From Atractiella rhizophila (Eukaryota), in the NCBI GenBank assembly GCA_021432655.1, contig MU271210.1, positions 77,641-141,640 of the forward strand: 64,000 bases of DNA, written 5' to 3'. Every line of letters starts with the position of its first letter. The first letter of the stretch is position 1. A program made the position numbers and the translations under genes. The notes under the pieces were generated by a model, which saw nothing but the letters and a program-made list of their open reading frames with translations, searched no databases and had not been told where the DNA came from. Shown here piece by piece: positions 26,038 to 40,715 of the stretch.

Positions 26038-27016
26038 ATGTTTGCTATATTTCAAAGCAAAATTATTTGCAGCGAATGACATGAGAATATGAGCCTATAC
26101 TATATGCGAATCTTGCCCGCCAGATCTTCCTTTCAAGGATCATATCGTCGCATCAACCAGAAACCTGAGGATAACGGATGACTGCTACGTCGTGCCGCCT
26201 CACATCCTTGTGGTTTCAGTTGGCACATTACCTAGCTTGTCGTTGTCCTGAGCCGCTAGACGTGGGCGAGCAGGGTCCGCAATTCGGATGGAGGCGCTAT
26301 TGCCTTAGTCAAAGCCAGCAACCTTCTACTTGAGCGAGCACACTCATTCCTGATGAAGCAGAAAATGCGGGACATGTTTCAAAAAGTGACAAAGTCAGAG
26401 TCACTATTGCCTGCAAACCGGCTACAAAGTGAAAATCTTTGACCAATTTTTGATGGAGTCTTGAACGTAGTGCAAGGCAGTTATCACCTTGGCAGGATTT
26501 GGCATCCGTATCTGGTTGTGAGAAAGTAACAACTCGAAGTTTGGAGCGAAGCCAAAACCTGCATATGATTTCTAGATAGCATAGAGATTTGACTGGAGAG
26601 AAGGCAATCCTACGGAAGAAGTTTTGAGCAGGACTAAAATAATAGATTGGCTCGACCACTCAACGAATCTCTTAACTAGTTTTCTCTAGCACACCTGAAC
26701 ACAGGAGCTCGAATCCTAAGAGAAGAGTCTACACCTCTTGTGAGAAAAAGGAGCGCACCAGTCAACCCATTGACATAGGCAGTGCCAAGTGCCTCTTATC
26801 CTCCCCTTTCTGAGATCAAATCGATCAAACTCCAAAACAAATCCCTCTTGGTAGCACCATTCTCCAGGACATCAGCAGTGATTGATGTTACCTCAATGAG
26901 TCAGGAACGCGGTTCCTGTTGCATCCCAGCGCGCATCATCAACAACCATCTTCCCTCTCTAGACAAAGTATTATTCTCAGTAGTCTCCTTTCGGGACACC
27001 TCACCTCCCTCTCGTT

Positions 27017-30000
27017 ATGACACAAGCAAAAGGACATAAGCGCGGAGGCGCCAAACCCAAAAACGTGAAGCTTCGACCTGCGACAGAGGATTACAAGGGG
27101 AAAGGGAAGGAGAGGCTGCAAGAATCAACTTCATCAGAAGATGAAGTGCTACGAGGAGAGGACATGACCTTTGAAACTAGTCTGCTTAGGCATGAGAAGC
27201 CGCTTGAAGGGTGCAAGGTGGTCTTTTCTGGGCTCAAAGCAGATGGCCGTCAAGTAAGTTCTGTCTCTTGATTGCTCTCGCGTTAGGGGGGTGATGAGTA
27301 GCGCAGAATAAACTGGAACCGCTAGTTAAACAGCTAGGTGGCACGGTACAAAAGTCTCTGTTCCTTGAAACTACGCATTTAGTCTGTGAGGCAACAGGAA
27401 GCGAGAAATACAAAGTGCGACCTCCACACTGTTCTACAAATAGGAGCTGATAGAGGTGCAGTCTGCTGTACAGAATGGAATACCAACCGTCTCCCCCACC
27501 TGGATCACAGAGATTTATGATCGCTGGATTGATGGAGAAACAATAGCAGAATCAGAAGTCGTGCGTCTTTCTACCAACGAAGTAGCACAAACCGACAGTT
27601 CAAAAGATGGAGCTCGCATCCAAGAAACGGATACCTTTCTTTTTAGGTCTTTCCATCTGCACAACCGGTTTCTCAGACCCTGAATGCTCTTATCTCAAAT
27701 CTCAAATCAGCCAGCAGAGAGGTTCCTACCGCGCTTCCTTCGACGCAGGCACAACGCACCTTATAATCAAAGACAGTTCCTTCCCTGAAGGTGAATCGGG
27801 CGATTTCACGTATCGCACATCGGAGAAGGTCAAACGAGCCGTACAAATCAATGTGCGGGCTCAGTCGCAGGAGAATCAACGATTGAAGTCTCAGAAAGCG
27901 GTGACGACTGTCCAGCATTCAACGGAGAGACCATTTGATGGCGGGATATGGATACTGCGTGAAGCATGGGTCCACGAGTGTTTGAAAAAGCATGGTAGAG
28001 TGGGTGAGGAAGATTATGTTGCGGTGGACTGGACGGGAGAACTAAGTGAGTTCGAGAAGGAGCGAAGGAGAATGAGGAAGGAGAAGGAGAAGAAAAGGAA
28101 GATGGAGGACTCGTCCGAACTCCCTCCACCACCTTTGCCACCCACCTTCAACGACAATACCCAATCCACTTTCGTACCCCACTTTCAGCCTCAACCGTCA
28201 ACATCGAAACTCAATCCTTCTTCCGTTGCGGAGGACGAACCGTTACGTCCTGCTCCAGCAAAAAAAGCGAGGACGGGAAGTTTCGATATCCTGTCGCAAT
28301 TTCGCGCATTATCTCAACAACCTTCAACTGCTGCCACAAGCCCACCAGCTGAAGACGACTCCATATCCTTCCAAATTCCACAGGTCTCCGCCCGTCCGTC
28401 CATGCTAGCCACACTCGCACGTTCACGCTCTGAAAAGATTATTTTCCCTGTCACCAGCACAGCAATCCTCTCGTCCGACCGCTTGCCCGCCCCTCCTCAA
28501 ACTCAGGATGTTTCTATTATCCCGAAATTGGAAGAGGAAGAAGAATTGGGCGACGAGACCCATCTCTTTGATCCCGTATTTGATGGCATCAAACTCATGT
28601 ACAAGGACCTTAGGGAGGAACATGTACCTGTCATTCTGCGAGCGATCAGAAAGTTGGGTGCGGAATTGGTGACCTCTGAGGAGGAAGCGGACTATATTGT
28701 AGCCCCTTCTTGGTTGTAGGTCAGCAATTGTCTTCCATTCCTTTATTTATGCTAGAAAAGATCACCGCCCTACCCACCTTGGATGGACGAAGAAAATCCC
28801 AAAATCGTTTCTACCTTTTGGATCGAGAGCTGCTTCGATAACGGAAGAATACGGAGCAAGGATGAAGACGAGCGTCTTCGTCCTAAGAAAGTTGGATTTC
28901 CCTTTGAAGGTGGGTTATTTACTTTGTTTGTCCACTCAATCCTTACCTTATACTTGCTCAGCATTCAAGGATTCTGGTATGGCCACCTCCGTGGCAGGAT
29001 ATGACGAGGCGATGGCAAACTATATTTCTCGTCTATGTAACCATGCCGGTGTGTATTGCTGCAATACTGGAGAACTTGTTAAGTTTTTTATAGGGATTCC
29101 TTGTTACGATAAGCCGACTCGCAACAAATTTACGCACCTGATTGCGCCAGACGACTTTCCAAGCTCTAGAGTTGATAAGGCAAGGCAGTGGGGAAAGGAG
29201 GTGTTGAGTTACGAAGCCTTTTTGTTGTTACTTAACCTCCTCAAACTCAGGATGTTTCTATTATCCCGAAATTGGAAGAGGAAGAAGAATTGGGCGACGA
29301 GACCCATCTCTTTGATCCCGTATTTGATGGTATCAAGCTCATGTACAAGGACCTTAGGGAGGAACATGTACCTGTCATTCTGCGAGCGATCAGAAAGTTG
29401 GGTGCGGAATTGGTGAACTCTGAGGAGGAAGCGGACTATATTGTAGTCCCTTCTTGGTTGTAGGTCAGCAATTGTCTTCCATTCCTTTATTTATGCTAGA
29501 AAAGATCACCGCCCTACCCATCTTGGATGGACGAAGAAAATCCCAAAATCGTTTCTACCTTTTGGATAGAGAGCTGCTTCGATAACGGAAGAATACGGAG
29601 CAAGGATGAAGACGAGCGTCTTCGTCCTATGAAAGTTGGATTTCCCTTTGAAGGTGGGTTATTTACTTTGTTTGTCCATTCAATCCTTGCCTTATGCTTG
29701 CTCAGCATTCAAGGATTCTGGTATGGCCACCTCAGTGGCAGGATATGACGAGGCGATGGCAAACTATATTTCTCGTCTTTGTAACCATGCCGGTATGTAT
29801 GTGCTGCAATACTGGAGAACCTGTTGAGTTTTTTTTGATAGGGATTCCTTGTTACGATAAACCGACTCGCAACAAATTTACGCACCTCATTGCGCCAGAC
29901 GACTTTCCAAGCTCTAGAGTTGATAAGGCAAGGCACTGGGGCAAGGAGGTGTTGAGTTACGAAGCCTTTTTGTTGTTACTCAATGACGAGTGGACGAGGC

Positions 30001-31236
30001 TAGGTGTGTGTCTACGATGACTTTGGAGAGACGTACTCATGAGTAGACAGAATCGAAGCGCTCACTAGCTATGAAGCCGTTAACAGGATGTGTGATATTG
30101 GTTAGCAAGAAGAACTCGGTCAGTCCTCCCCCTCTAATGGCAACTAATGTTTACTCACTTTACAACAGTCCCAACGCTCAACATTGCAAGCCGTCGTTGA
30201 ATCCCTCGGCGGCTCCGTCCAGCTCACCTTCTCCGCTGAAATCACCCACTTTGTTCATTCCTCCAACAAGCCTAATGAGAACTTTGCCGATTTCAAGGCT
30301 GCGAGATCCGGACAAAAGTTCATTGTGCATCCGAAGTGGGTGGACGAATGCGGAGAACAGAAGAAACGAGTTGATGAAAGGCTTTTCCCTCATACCTGGC
30401 AACCAGGGCGATCGCTCAGCTTCACTTCCCAGGCACCAACTCCTCAAAATCGAAACCAGAGCCTGACGGCAACTTCTGCGTCGACAGGAACGGGAATTTC
30501 TAGGTCGACATCTGTCCCAACGATATACGCGAGGTCAACGAGCTCAGTTCCACCACCCCTCAAGAAAGAAAAGTCACTTCCTGTTACGATGGATCTCTCT
30601 CCCGTCGAGCCTTCAGGCCGCACATCCTCGCCTGCCGTCATTACTTTGAAAGAGACGCTTCAAATTATCTCGGAGGAACGCTCATCCAGTCCTTCTTGCC
30701 CTGTTGATGCATACGTTGTCACCAGCCCTCCCTCGCGTATGCTAGACAGACCTGTCATCAAAGAACCAGGGGGAAAGTCGACTCCGCCTGCGGTTTTGGC
30801 CGGAAAATTCGTAAATCTTCTGAAGGAATCACTGGAGCAAGGTGAGGAGGATGTAAGACTTGTAAGTATTTGACAACATTTCTGCTTGTTAACACCTGAC
30901 ACCATGTTCCAGCAACCCTTTCGTCCAGTCAAACCTCGCGGCCGTTCAAATCGAGATTCGGAGGCATCTAGAAACGACTCACCTTTTGAAGCAGAGCACG
31001 CGAGAGATGGACCTTACGATATATCTCAAACGTTCGCTGAAACTCAGGATGCGAGCTTGAGGATGGTGTTTGAAGATAAAATTGGACAAGCGGAAAAGCA
31101 AAAAATCCTCCAGAAGGTCACTAATAGCAAGAAAAGGGCTCTTCACGCCAGTGACGTCGAAGAAGGGGAGAAAAGGCAGCAGAATGGTGCTGAGCATCCG
31201 AAGCGTCGCAAATCGGGACGAGCAGTGAACTCATGA
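27017..31236 (+). CDS. Multi-BRCT scaffold protein (Dpb11/Rad4-Cut5/TopBP1-like), carrying an internal duplication
   Basis: Repeated BRCT signatures: KPLEGCKVVFSGL...LGGTVQKSL..ETTHLV...VSPTWITE; FFLGLSICTTG...TTHLII...EAWVHEC; VFDGIKL...VSTFWIESC; FTHLIA; PLTGCVILVS...LGGSVQLTFSAEITHFVH...FIVHPKWVDEC. Confidence 0.85.
28492..29983 (+). repeat. Tandem duplication of about 744 bp including introns, inside the BRCT gene
   Basis: CCTCCTCAAACTCAGGATG begins at 28492 and 29236; both copies end ...TTTTTGTTGTTACT(T/C)AA; they differ by scattered SNPs and small intronic indels. Confidence 0.95.
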
Positions 31237-31678
31237 TCGATTGTCGGGAGCACTACATTTGTGTATAGCAAATCTTCGCATTTATTATCCTTATGAAGCA
31301 TAGGAGACTGCATATTACGAAAGTTTTGTCCGTGACCGTGTAAAGCTATGTGCAACAACTAAAAAGGTTCTCCTTGACCTAGCAGTAAGTGAACACTGTT
31401 CGTTGAACTCGGATAGCTTAATCTAGCAGCAGATACTGTCATGCTCAATCCAATGTTGGTGTGACAACTTGGGAAGTGCAATCACGGCAGCCAGGTTTCC
31501 CCAACCTGAGACGCGGATAGATAACAACCTTATTATTTCGGTTTATGAAGTGAATATCCTCCCCGTCACCAGGTTCTGCTCATCCCATCCTCATATCCTC
31601 AGCGATTTGTCGAGAAAACAGTAATACATATGATCCGCCCAGTATTCTTGTCCTATTTGTTCAAACAGAGACGGGGCT

Positions 31679-33993
31679 CTACTTAAACTGGACTTGCAAC
31701 AAGTACCGAATTTTGACTTGCGATACATCATATATGATGTACTAAAATGTGACATCAGCATTTTTAAGTAATCAGAAGGTAAACATACCTCATTCCAACA
31801 ATCCTCTACCTTCACTGAGGGTCTTGGAAACGTGGAGGACAAGTCCTTCGCTTTTCCACCTGGCATGATGCAGCCCTTCAGATCATCTCTTCCTAAAGTA
31901 TCACCAGCATCAATCCAATCCTCGTGCTGCAGCTTTCCCAATGCTTTCGTTGCACTGTGGAAGAGGGCAGTTAGCGTCGTCAAAGCCAAACAAACCGAGT
32001 CCGTACATCTTTTGGTTCCCCTTGCTTGTTTTGTCAGCGTGAAAATCAAACTCATACGCCTCGTGAAAAGGTTTTGCCACAACCTCGCAGAGTAGGAGGA
32101 TGCCCATATTATTCGAGAGATAGAAATGCGTATAGTTTGCTGAGATACCAAACATGTCGCCGAAGTAGACCCCCTAACTCTCAAATGAGCAAAAGCACTG
32201 AGAGAAAGAGGTACACACCTTTCCAAATTCGTAGCCAGTGACTGGAGCCTCAGGCGGGGCGATTCGTAGACCAGTGCTCAAGATGCCTACGAAATTCGTG
32301 GTTCTTTTGCAAGTTTGCGACTCAGAACGTGCTGACAGAGGGAAGAGAAACCAACCTCGACCCATGCCACAAAAGCTGAGACAAAGATTAAACCCACGGA
32401 ACTCTTACGCATGAGGAAAATATCCAACTTACCATGCGTTCGCCTTCAAAGTCATTCCATCCACCACTCTCAAACCTAGCTAGTTCTCCTTTCCTGTTTC
32501 CGAAACGTCAGCATCAACTAAGCAATGTCTAGCGTGAAGGTTACCTTTCAACTCTGAAAACACGATGAACTTTCATTCCCTCATTAACTGTCTGATATCC
32601 CAAACCTTCGTTGGTATTGTGAGAATATTTGTCGACCGCTTTGAATTCGTCGCTCTTAGGATCGACGAGGCTCAACTCTTCCAATCCCAAAGAGGCGAAT
32701 TGAACATCGAGCGGATTGATGGGTTTTCCATCTTCATCTTTGGGCGTGGAAGAGAGCGTGATCTTCGTGGCGATTTCCATGTCACTCAACGAGTCAAGAA
32801 GGTCGATTTCCTATGGTTTGATTATTACGATGTGAAGAAGTAGAAGATAAGGTACTGACATTCTTTACCATTGGTAGACTGTCGATGATAGGCGGTCTCT
32901 TTCTTCCAAAAGCGTGTGGAATAACAGTGTAAAATCGATTCGTCAACTGCTCCGTAGCATTCTTGAAACCTCCCAACCCCTTGCTCCTTTCCCCATTTGG
33001 GGTCTCAATCACCTCTGCCAAATCCTTCAGCGCTTGAAAACCAGCCGTGATTGTCGATTCGCCCAATTTCCCGAGGGGGAGTTTGTTGGCATCGTAGTTT
33101 AGCGCCTGAAGGGTGGCATTCATGTGCGATTTATCGAAGATGAAGCGGACGAGGTCCTGGACTTCGGCTGGGAGAGTGCTGTCGGGAATGACAAGGTCTT
33201 CTTCAACTACAAGATTCCCATTTTTCTTCTTTGGAGAGACTGTCTTTGGGGCGGCGCCTTCATCTTCATACTCCCGTTCGAGCCAGGTATACTTTCCTGT
33301 CCCAAATGTGAGTGTGGCCAACCAATGATCAGTGAAAAAGCGAACCAGCCTTCGGGATCATTGTCCTTCGCTTGCTAAAGTCTGCAGCCGCTTTGCTCTT
33401 GAACTGTTTGCAGAACTCTTTGACTGCTTGATCGGCGTCCCAAGGGCCTTTCATCTTTAAGTTTTATTGTCAGAAACTAGCCTTTTGAAAAGAAGAGAGA
33501 CGAACCTGAGTAGCGCCGTTCTCTCCCACTCGCCCCCATTTTGTGAAGAGAATGACATTACTAGTATCCCCCTTCGGATGGAGGAGTTGAAGGATGTAGA
33601 ACTTGTTGTTGTTGCTCCCAGCATTGGTTTGATTCAGCATCGCTGGTTCAGCAGCCAATTAGCATTCCTTCTGTTGCAGCAATAGCAAAGAATCGACGAA
33701 CCGTCATACACTTCTCCCTTCCCATCCACATATACCTGTACTCCAAGCGCATTCCCAAAAGAAGGATCCACAGGCACGATGAACGCAGTCCCATCCTTTC
33801 TCCGGGGCATTCCATCACCCACAGCTTGTGCTTTCTTCGCTGGCTGGTCCGCTCCAGCTCCCCCTTCGTCGTCTGAAGGAGACCGGGCTCTCTTCTTTCC
33901 TCGCGCCTTCTTGGGAGGCGGAGTAGCTGGTACCTCAGCCGCAGATTCTGCTGCTACTGTTGCTTTTGGGCGAGCTGATCGACGGGGAGGCAT
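31679..33993 (-). CDS. Poly(ADP-ribose) polymerase family protein, copy B (inverted paralog of copy A)
   Basis: Same domain order and intron positions as copy [61 protein letters not shown] and [19 protein letters not shown]; stop TAG at 31679-31681. Confidence 0.95.
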
Positions 33994-34425
33994 TTTAGTG
34001 CGCTTGGAAAACGGAGAGCGACTGTTTTATGCAGTCTTCGAAATGATTCTTCTGACTTCACTTGCAAGTGGAAGTCAAAGGCCTTTTATGCTCGGAGATT
34101 GTTGTGGTTGTGAATGAATGAAGATTTCCGTTCCCAATAAATAGTTGCCAGAGTGAAACTGGAGCACATCTGAGTCCTGTTCAGGCGCAGCGAACATCAT
34201 TTTTCCATCGTGAAACGCGAAGCTCGAGGCAAGGCCCATCATTTGTGCAATTCTGAGCAGCAAGCAAAATGTGACTAAACTAAGTGCTTTACAATACTGT
34301 GTATCTAACCTGCATATTGTTCGATCGAAGCTATCAGGGTCTGAGGAAGCTGACGCTAAATCATCAAACCTGGCAGGCCAGGAGGGCGAAGGAGACGAAG
34401 AAATTTTGTGAGAAATCAAGTGCGA

Positions 34426-36870
<2,445 letters not shown>

Positions 36871-37146
36871 TGTTTCACTTTCCAAAACTAGAAAAAAAAT
36901 CTAATAAGGTCGAAATGACTGATACGCTCTGTTGCTGAACAGGCTTAGAATGGAAAGAGTCTAGGAAAAGAGGAAAGGTAGAATCGACGGGGTCGACTTG
37001 GTTGTTGAGGAAAAAAGAGGTCACAGCGTGAGTAGGGTTAGGGCAGGTTCAGGTGGCAAAACAGACGTTTGTTTCACGTTCAACATTTGTTACAGCTGGG
37101 GTATAACTGTGTGTGAGGATCCTTATTGGTAAAGTAAGGGAACAGT

Positions 37147-38882
37147 ATGGTATGTGTCCTTTTTGGCATGTAAAGACGAAGAACTGACGACAGACTAGAC
37201 TCACCTTCTCCCTCCCAACCTTCTCAAACTTTTTGCGCCGCGTCCGCCTCTCCCTTATTTCAAACCTCTGGGAAGGGACCCAGATGTTCCGCTGAACAAG
37301 TCTATCGACGGAGTGGCTGCAGTGTTGGAACGGATTCGATTGGACGCTGCGGGAAAGGGGAACGAGGAAAAGGAGAATGAGGAGAACGAAACGTTTACCC
37401 TATGTGAGGAGGAGAAAATCAAAGAGAGGCGTGCAGCGAAGCTGAAGAAACGAGAGGAGGACATGAAAAAGGGTCTGGAGACTTGTGAGTTGTTTACGAC
37501 GCGCATATGCTGTGGGGTGACAGGTGAGGCTGACAATGCCCGTGTGCAGACGATCCAAAGGCAGACCCTCACGCTGGCGGAGACCCCTATCGTACTCTGT
37601 TCATCTCCCGTCTTTCATATCAAGCCACAGAGGCGGACCTACGCCGAGAATTCGAGATGTACGGTCCGATTGAGAAGCTAACCATTGTAAAAGACAAGAA
37701 CAACAAGTCAAGAGGATACGCTTTCATTCTCTACGAAAGAGAGAAGGATATGAAAGGTCGGTTTCCTAATTTCTTTTCTACCCCATTTCTCCCACCCAGC
37801 CGCTCTCTTCTTTCTCCTCTCTCAGTAAGTATTAACCTGTGCCTTCTTGAAACTCGACATTATCCGCTATAGCCGCATACAAAGACGCAGACGGCATCAA
37901 GATTCTGGGCCGTCGTATTCTCGTCGATGTCGAGCGTGGACGCACAGTCAAAGGTTGGAAGCCACGCCGATTGGGTGGTGGATTAGGAGGGCGTCCGAAA
38001 CCCGTGGCACCTGTCGTCGAACAACCCGCCAATACTTTGGGTCGTCCAGGAGGATGGGGTCAACGTGGAATGCTTCCGGGAGGCTTCTCAGCTCCTCGGG
38101 GTCGCGGCGGATTTGGAGGCGGAGATAGAGGTGGATTTGGAGGTGGTGACAGAGGCGGATTTGGGGGTGGTGACAGAGGTGGATTCGGGGGAAGAGGCGG
38201 TGGCTTTGGAGGAAGGGGTGGTGGATTCGGAGGTCGTGGTGGTTTTGGAAGAGGTGGCGGCTTTGGTGGAGGCGATAGAGGCTTCGGAGACAGAGGAGGT
38301 GATCGTGGATTTGGCGGCGGCGGAGGAGGAGGAGGAGATCGTAGCTTTGGTGGAGGAGGCGGTGATAGAGGAGGCGATAGAGGATTCGGGGGCGGTGGTG
38401 GTGGAGGAGGAGGAGGATTCGGTGACCGCGGCGGCGGAGGAGGCGGCTTCCAACAGGACCGTGGTGGTTTCGCCGATCGAGGCTGGGGAAGTCGTGGTCG
38501 CGGTGGTGGCCACGGTGATCGTGGACGCGGCATTGGATTCCAAGGTGGCTTTGGAGGAGGCGGAGGTCGCGATGGTCCTCGTGATGGCGGAGCCGGAGGT
38601 GGTTCGCGTGAAGGTGGTTTCGGCGGTGGTCCTCGTGACGGCGGTTTTGGTGGTCCTCGCGAGGGTGGGTTTGGTGGTGGACGAGATGGTGGACGAAGTA
38701 ATGGATATGGTGGAGATCGCGGCGGCGGTAGCGGGTATGGTGGACCTCGTGATGGTGGGTATTCAGGAGGTGGTGGCCGCGATGGTGGGTATGGAGCGGG
38801 AGGTAAACATTCCCGTGACGAGAGCTCCGTTGGTGGGTATGGAAGAGACGACGGTAGAGATTCGAAGCGTCCCAGGTACTAA
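37147..38882 (+). CDS. SNP1: U1 snRNP 70 kDa protein
   Basis: [50 protein letters not shown] and [26 protein letters not shown], then a Gly/Arg-rich tail. Confidence 0.95.
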
Positions 38883-40715
38883 AAGGTATGTTATTTCTGT
38901 AGATTTCATACTGTCCTCATTCCATTTACAGGCAACTTCTGCCAACGCTCTCGGTATTATCTCAATTTTTCGATTTTTCTCCTCGCGCCTCGGCGTAGGA
39001 TACGACTTGGTACCTCTACTAATTCTCCCCTTTTCCCATCCTATATGTTATACGGCAGCCATGGTAAAGTATTAGTATGCTCGATGTAACGGTTTGTATC
39101 CTTCCCGTCGTGTTGGAAAGTTTTTTTTCGGTTTGTATCCCATCCCCTCCATATTCGTTTCCACCCTCTGGGAAGTATCAATGTCTTCGGATCGCTGATA
39201 CCCCAGGTCGATTCGAATTCGTTGGATTTCTGCCTTTGCGACGGATGTTCGATTCAAACTTTGGGATTTGTAAGTTGCTGAGTATGTCTGCTTCCATCCG
39301 GCATCCTACCTCACTTCCTGCCATTTATTGAATGCACGACATTCTTCACTTGACCAAAGCCAGCTCCCGTCTACTGGAACTGCCCCGACCATCACCTCAT
39401 TTGATCGACATTTTGAATATGCGTATGAGAACGCACTACAAGCACAAATGCTTCACTGGTCTTTGTGTTCTGTTGTTGCGTTGCCACTAGACCTGTGGCA
39501 AACAGCTCGAGTCCAAGAGCAGTCCTGTTTCTTGCTGACTGTCGGAGCAACCGTCTCGAGTATATTAAGTTTCAAATTTCCTTCCATTGGCGCTTCTACT
39601 ATGCTTAATTACCTTCGTACGACGAAGCTGGAATCAATCGTCGAATGCCGCTGATAGCGAACGGCCGTTCATATTTTCTTGATTATCCTCATGCTGCAAC
39701 CCCTGAGATGCCTGACGAACCCAACCCATGGGCTCCTCCCTGTACGCAATCACGGAAAAGTGATTTGGTTTGATCTGTCCCTGAAATTTTATGGTCTCGC
39801 TTTTCTCCGTTTAGGAATGCCTTCTCTCGAGTTGCTCTCCATCGTGATGAGCGCCAGCCCGCGACTGTGGACAACTGCCCGTTTCTCAACACTTTTTAGT
39901 CCTGATTTGATAGTAGCTACTAGGATGGTCCACCTCAGCTAGCTCGTATCCAACACAGGATTCCTGCCACCTTCAATAAAGTCCTCCAGAAAGAGTCTGG
40001 ACCAGCTGGTAGCAAAAAGACCACATTAAAACTTCTTGTTGACACTCCATTTTAATTATCTAGAAACCTGAAAACAAAGTAGACAACTTTGCCACTGTAG
40101 CTTGGGATGCTTAGCCTTGGTCTTCGCCAGCGGTAGTTGCCTTGCATTCGTGCAAGAACTATCTTTCCTCTGCGTACATTGAGCCTAGATTGCAAAGCAT
40201 GCATCAGATGTGAGTGGATGATTGCGTCACCAAGCACTTTTCATGATGTCGATCAAGGCAGCATGAACAGCTGTATGGTGCAGTCAGCGGTGGCGGCGAG
40301 GAGGAAGAGGACTATGGAACAGAATGGGCGAGCTAAGCTTGCAAGAGCGCGAGCTTTACTCTGTACTGAAGCAGGTGTAGGAGTAGCTCAGTCCAGCCAT
40401 TTGCACAAAAAGGCCCACAGATTGGCGACAGGCAAAGAAAACTTGCTGAGAGACTGGGAGCGAATAGCAACAATGCGAATGTCACGGTACGTCGCTGCCC
40501 AAATGGCTCTCATGGGAGTGGGAAGCCTTACTCAAAAGTGAGCCTCTTGATGAGCAAGGTCGCTGCGCAAACCGCGCCAGCACCAAGTTGGTGCATTAGT
40601 AGTGTTTGGAAACTCTCGAACGGCAACGAAGCAGTGCGCAACAAGCAAATAGGACAAAATGTTCATGCAATCCAAAAAAGACATATTACGCACACACCGT
40701 CATCCGCTCACTCAC

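Noticed and set aside
38060..39075. Long alternative-frame and antisense ORFs (336 aa VVEE-rich, 157 aa Pro-rich) over U1-70K
   Set aside because: Shadow frames of the Gly-rich repeat, which lacks stop codons in other frames.
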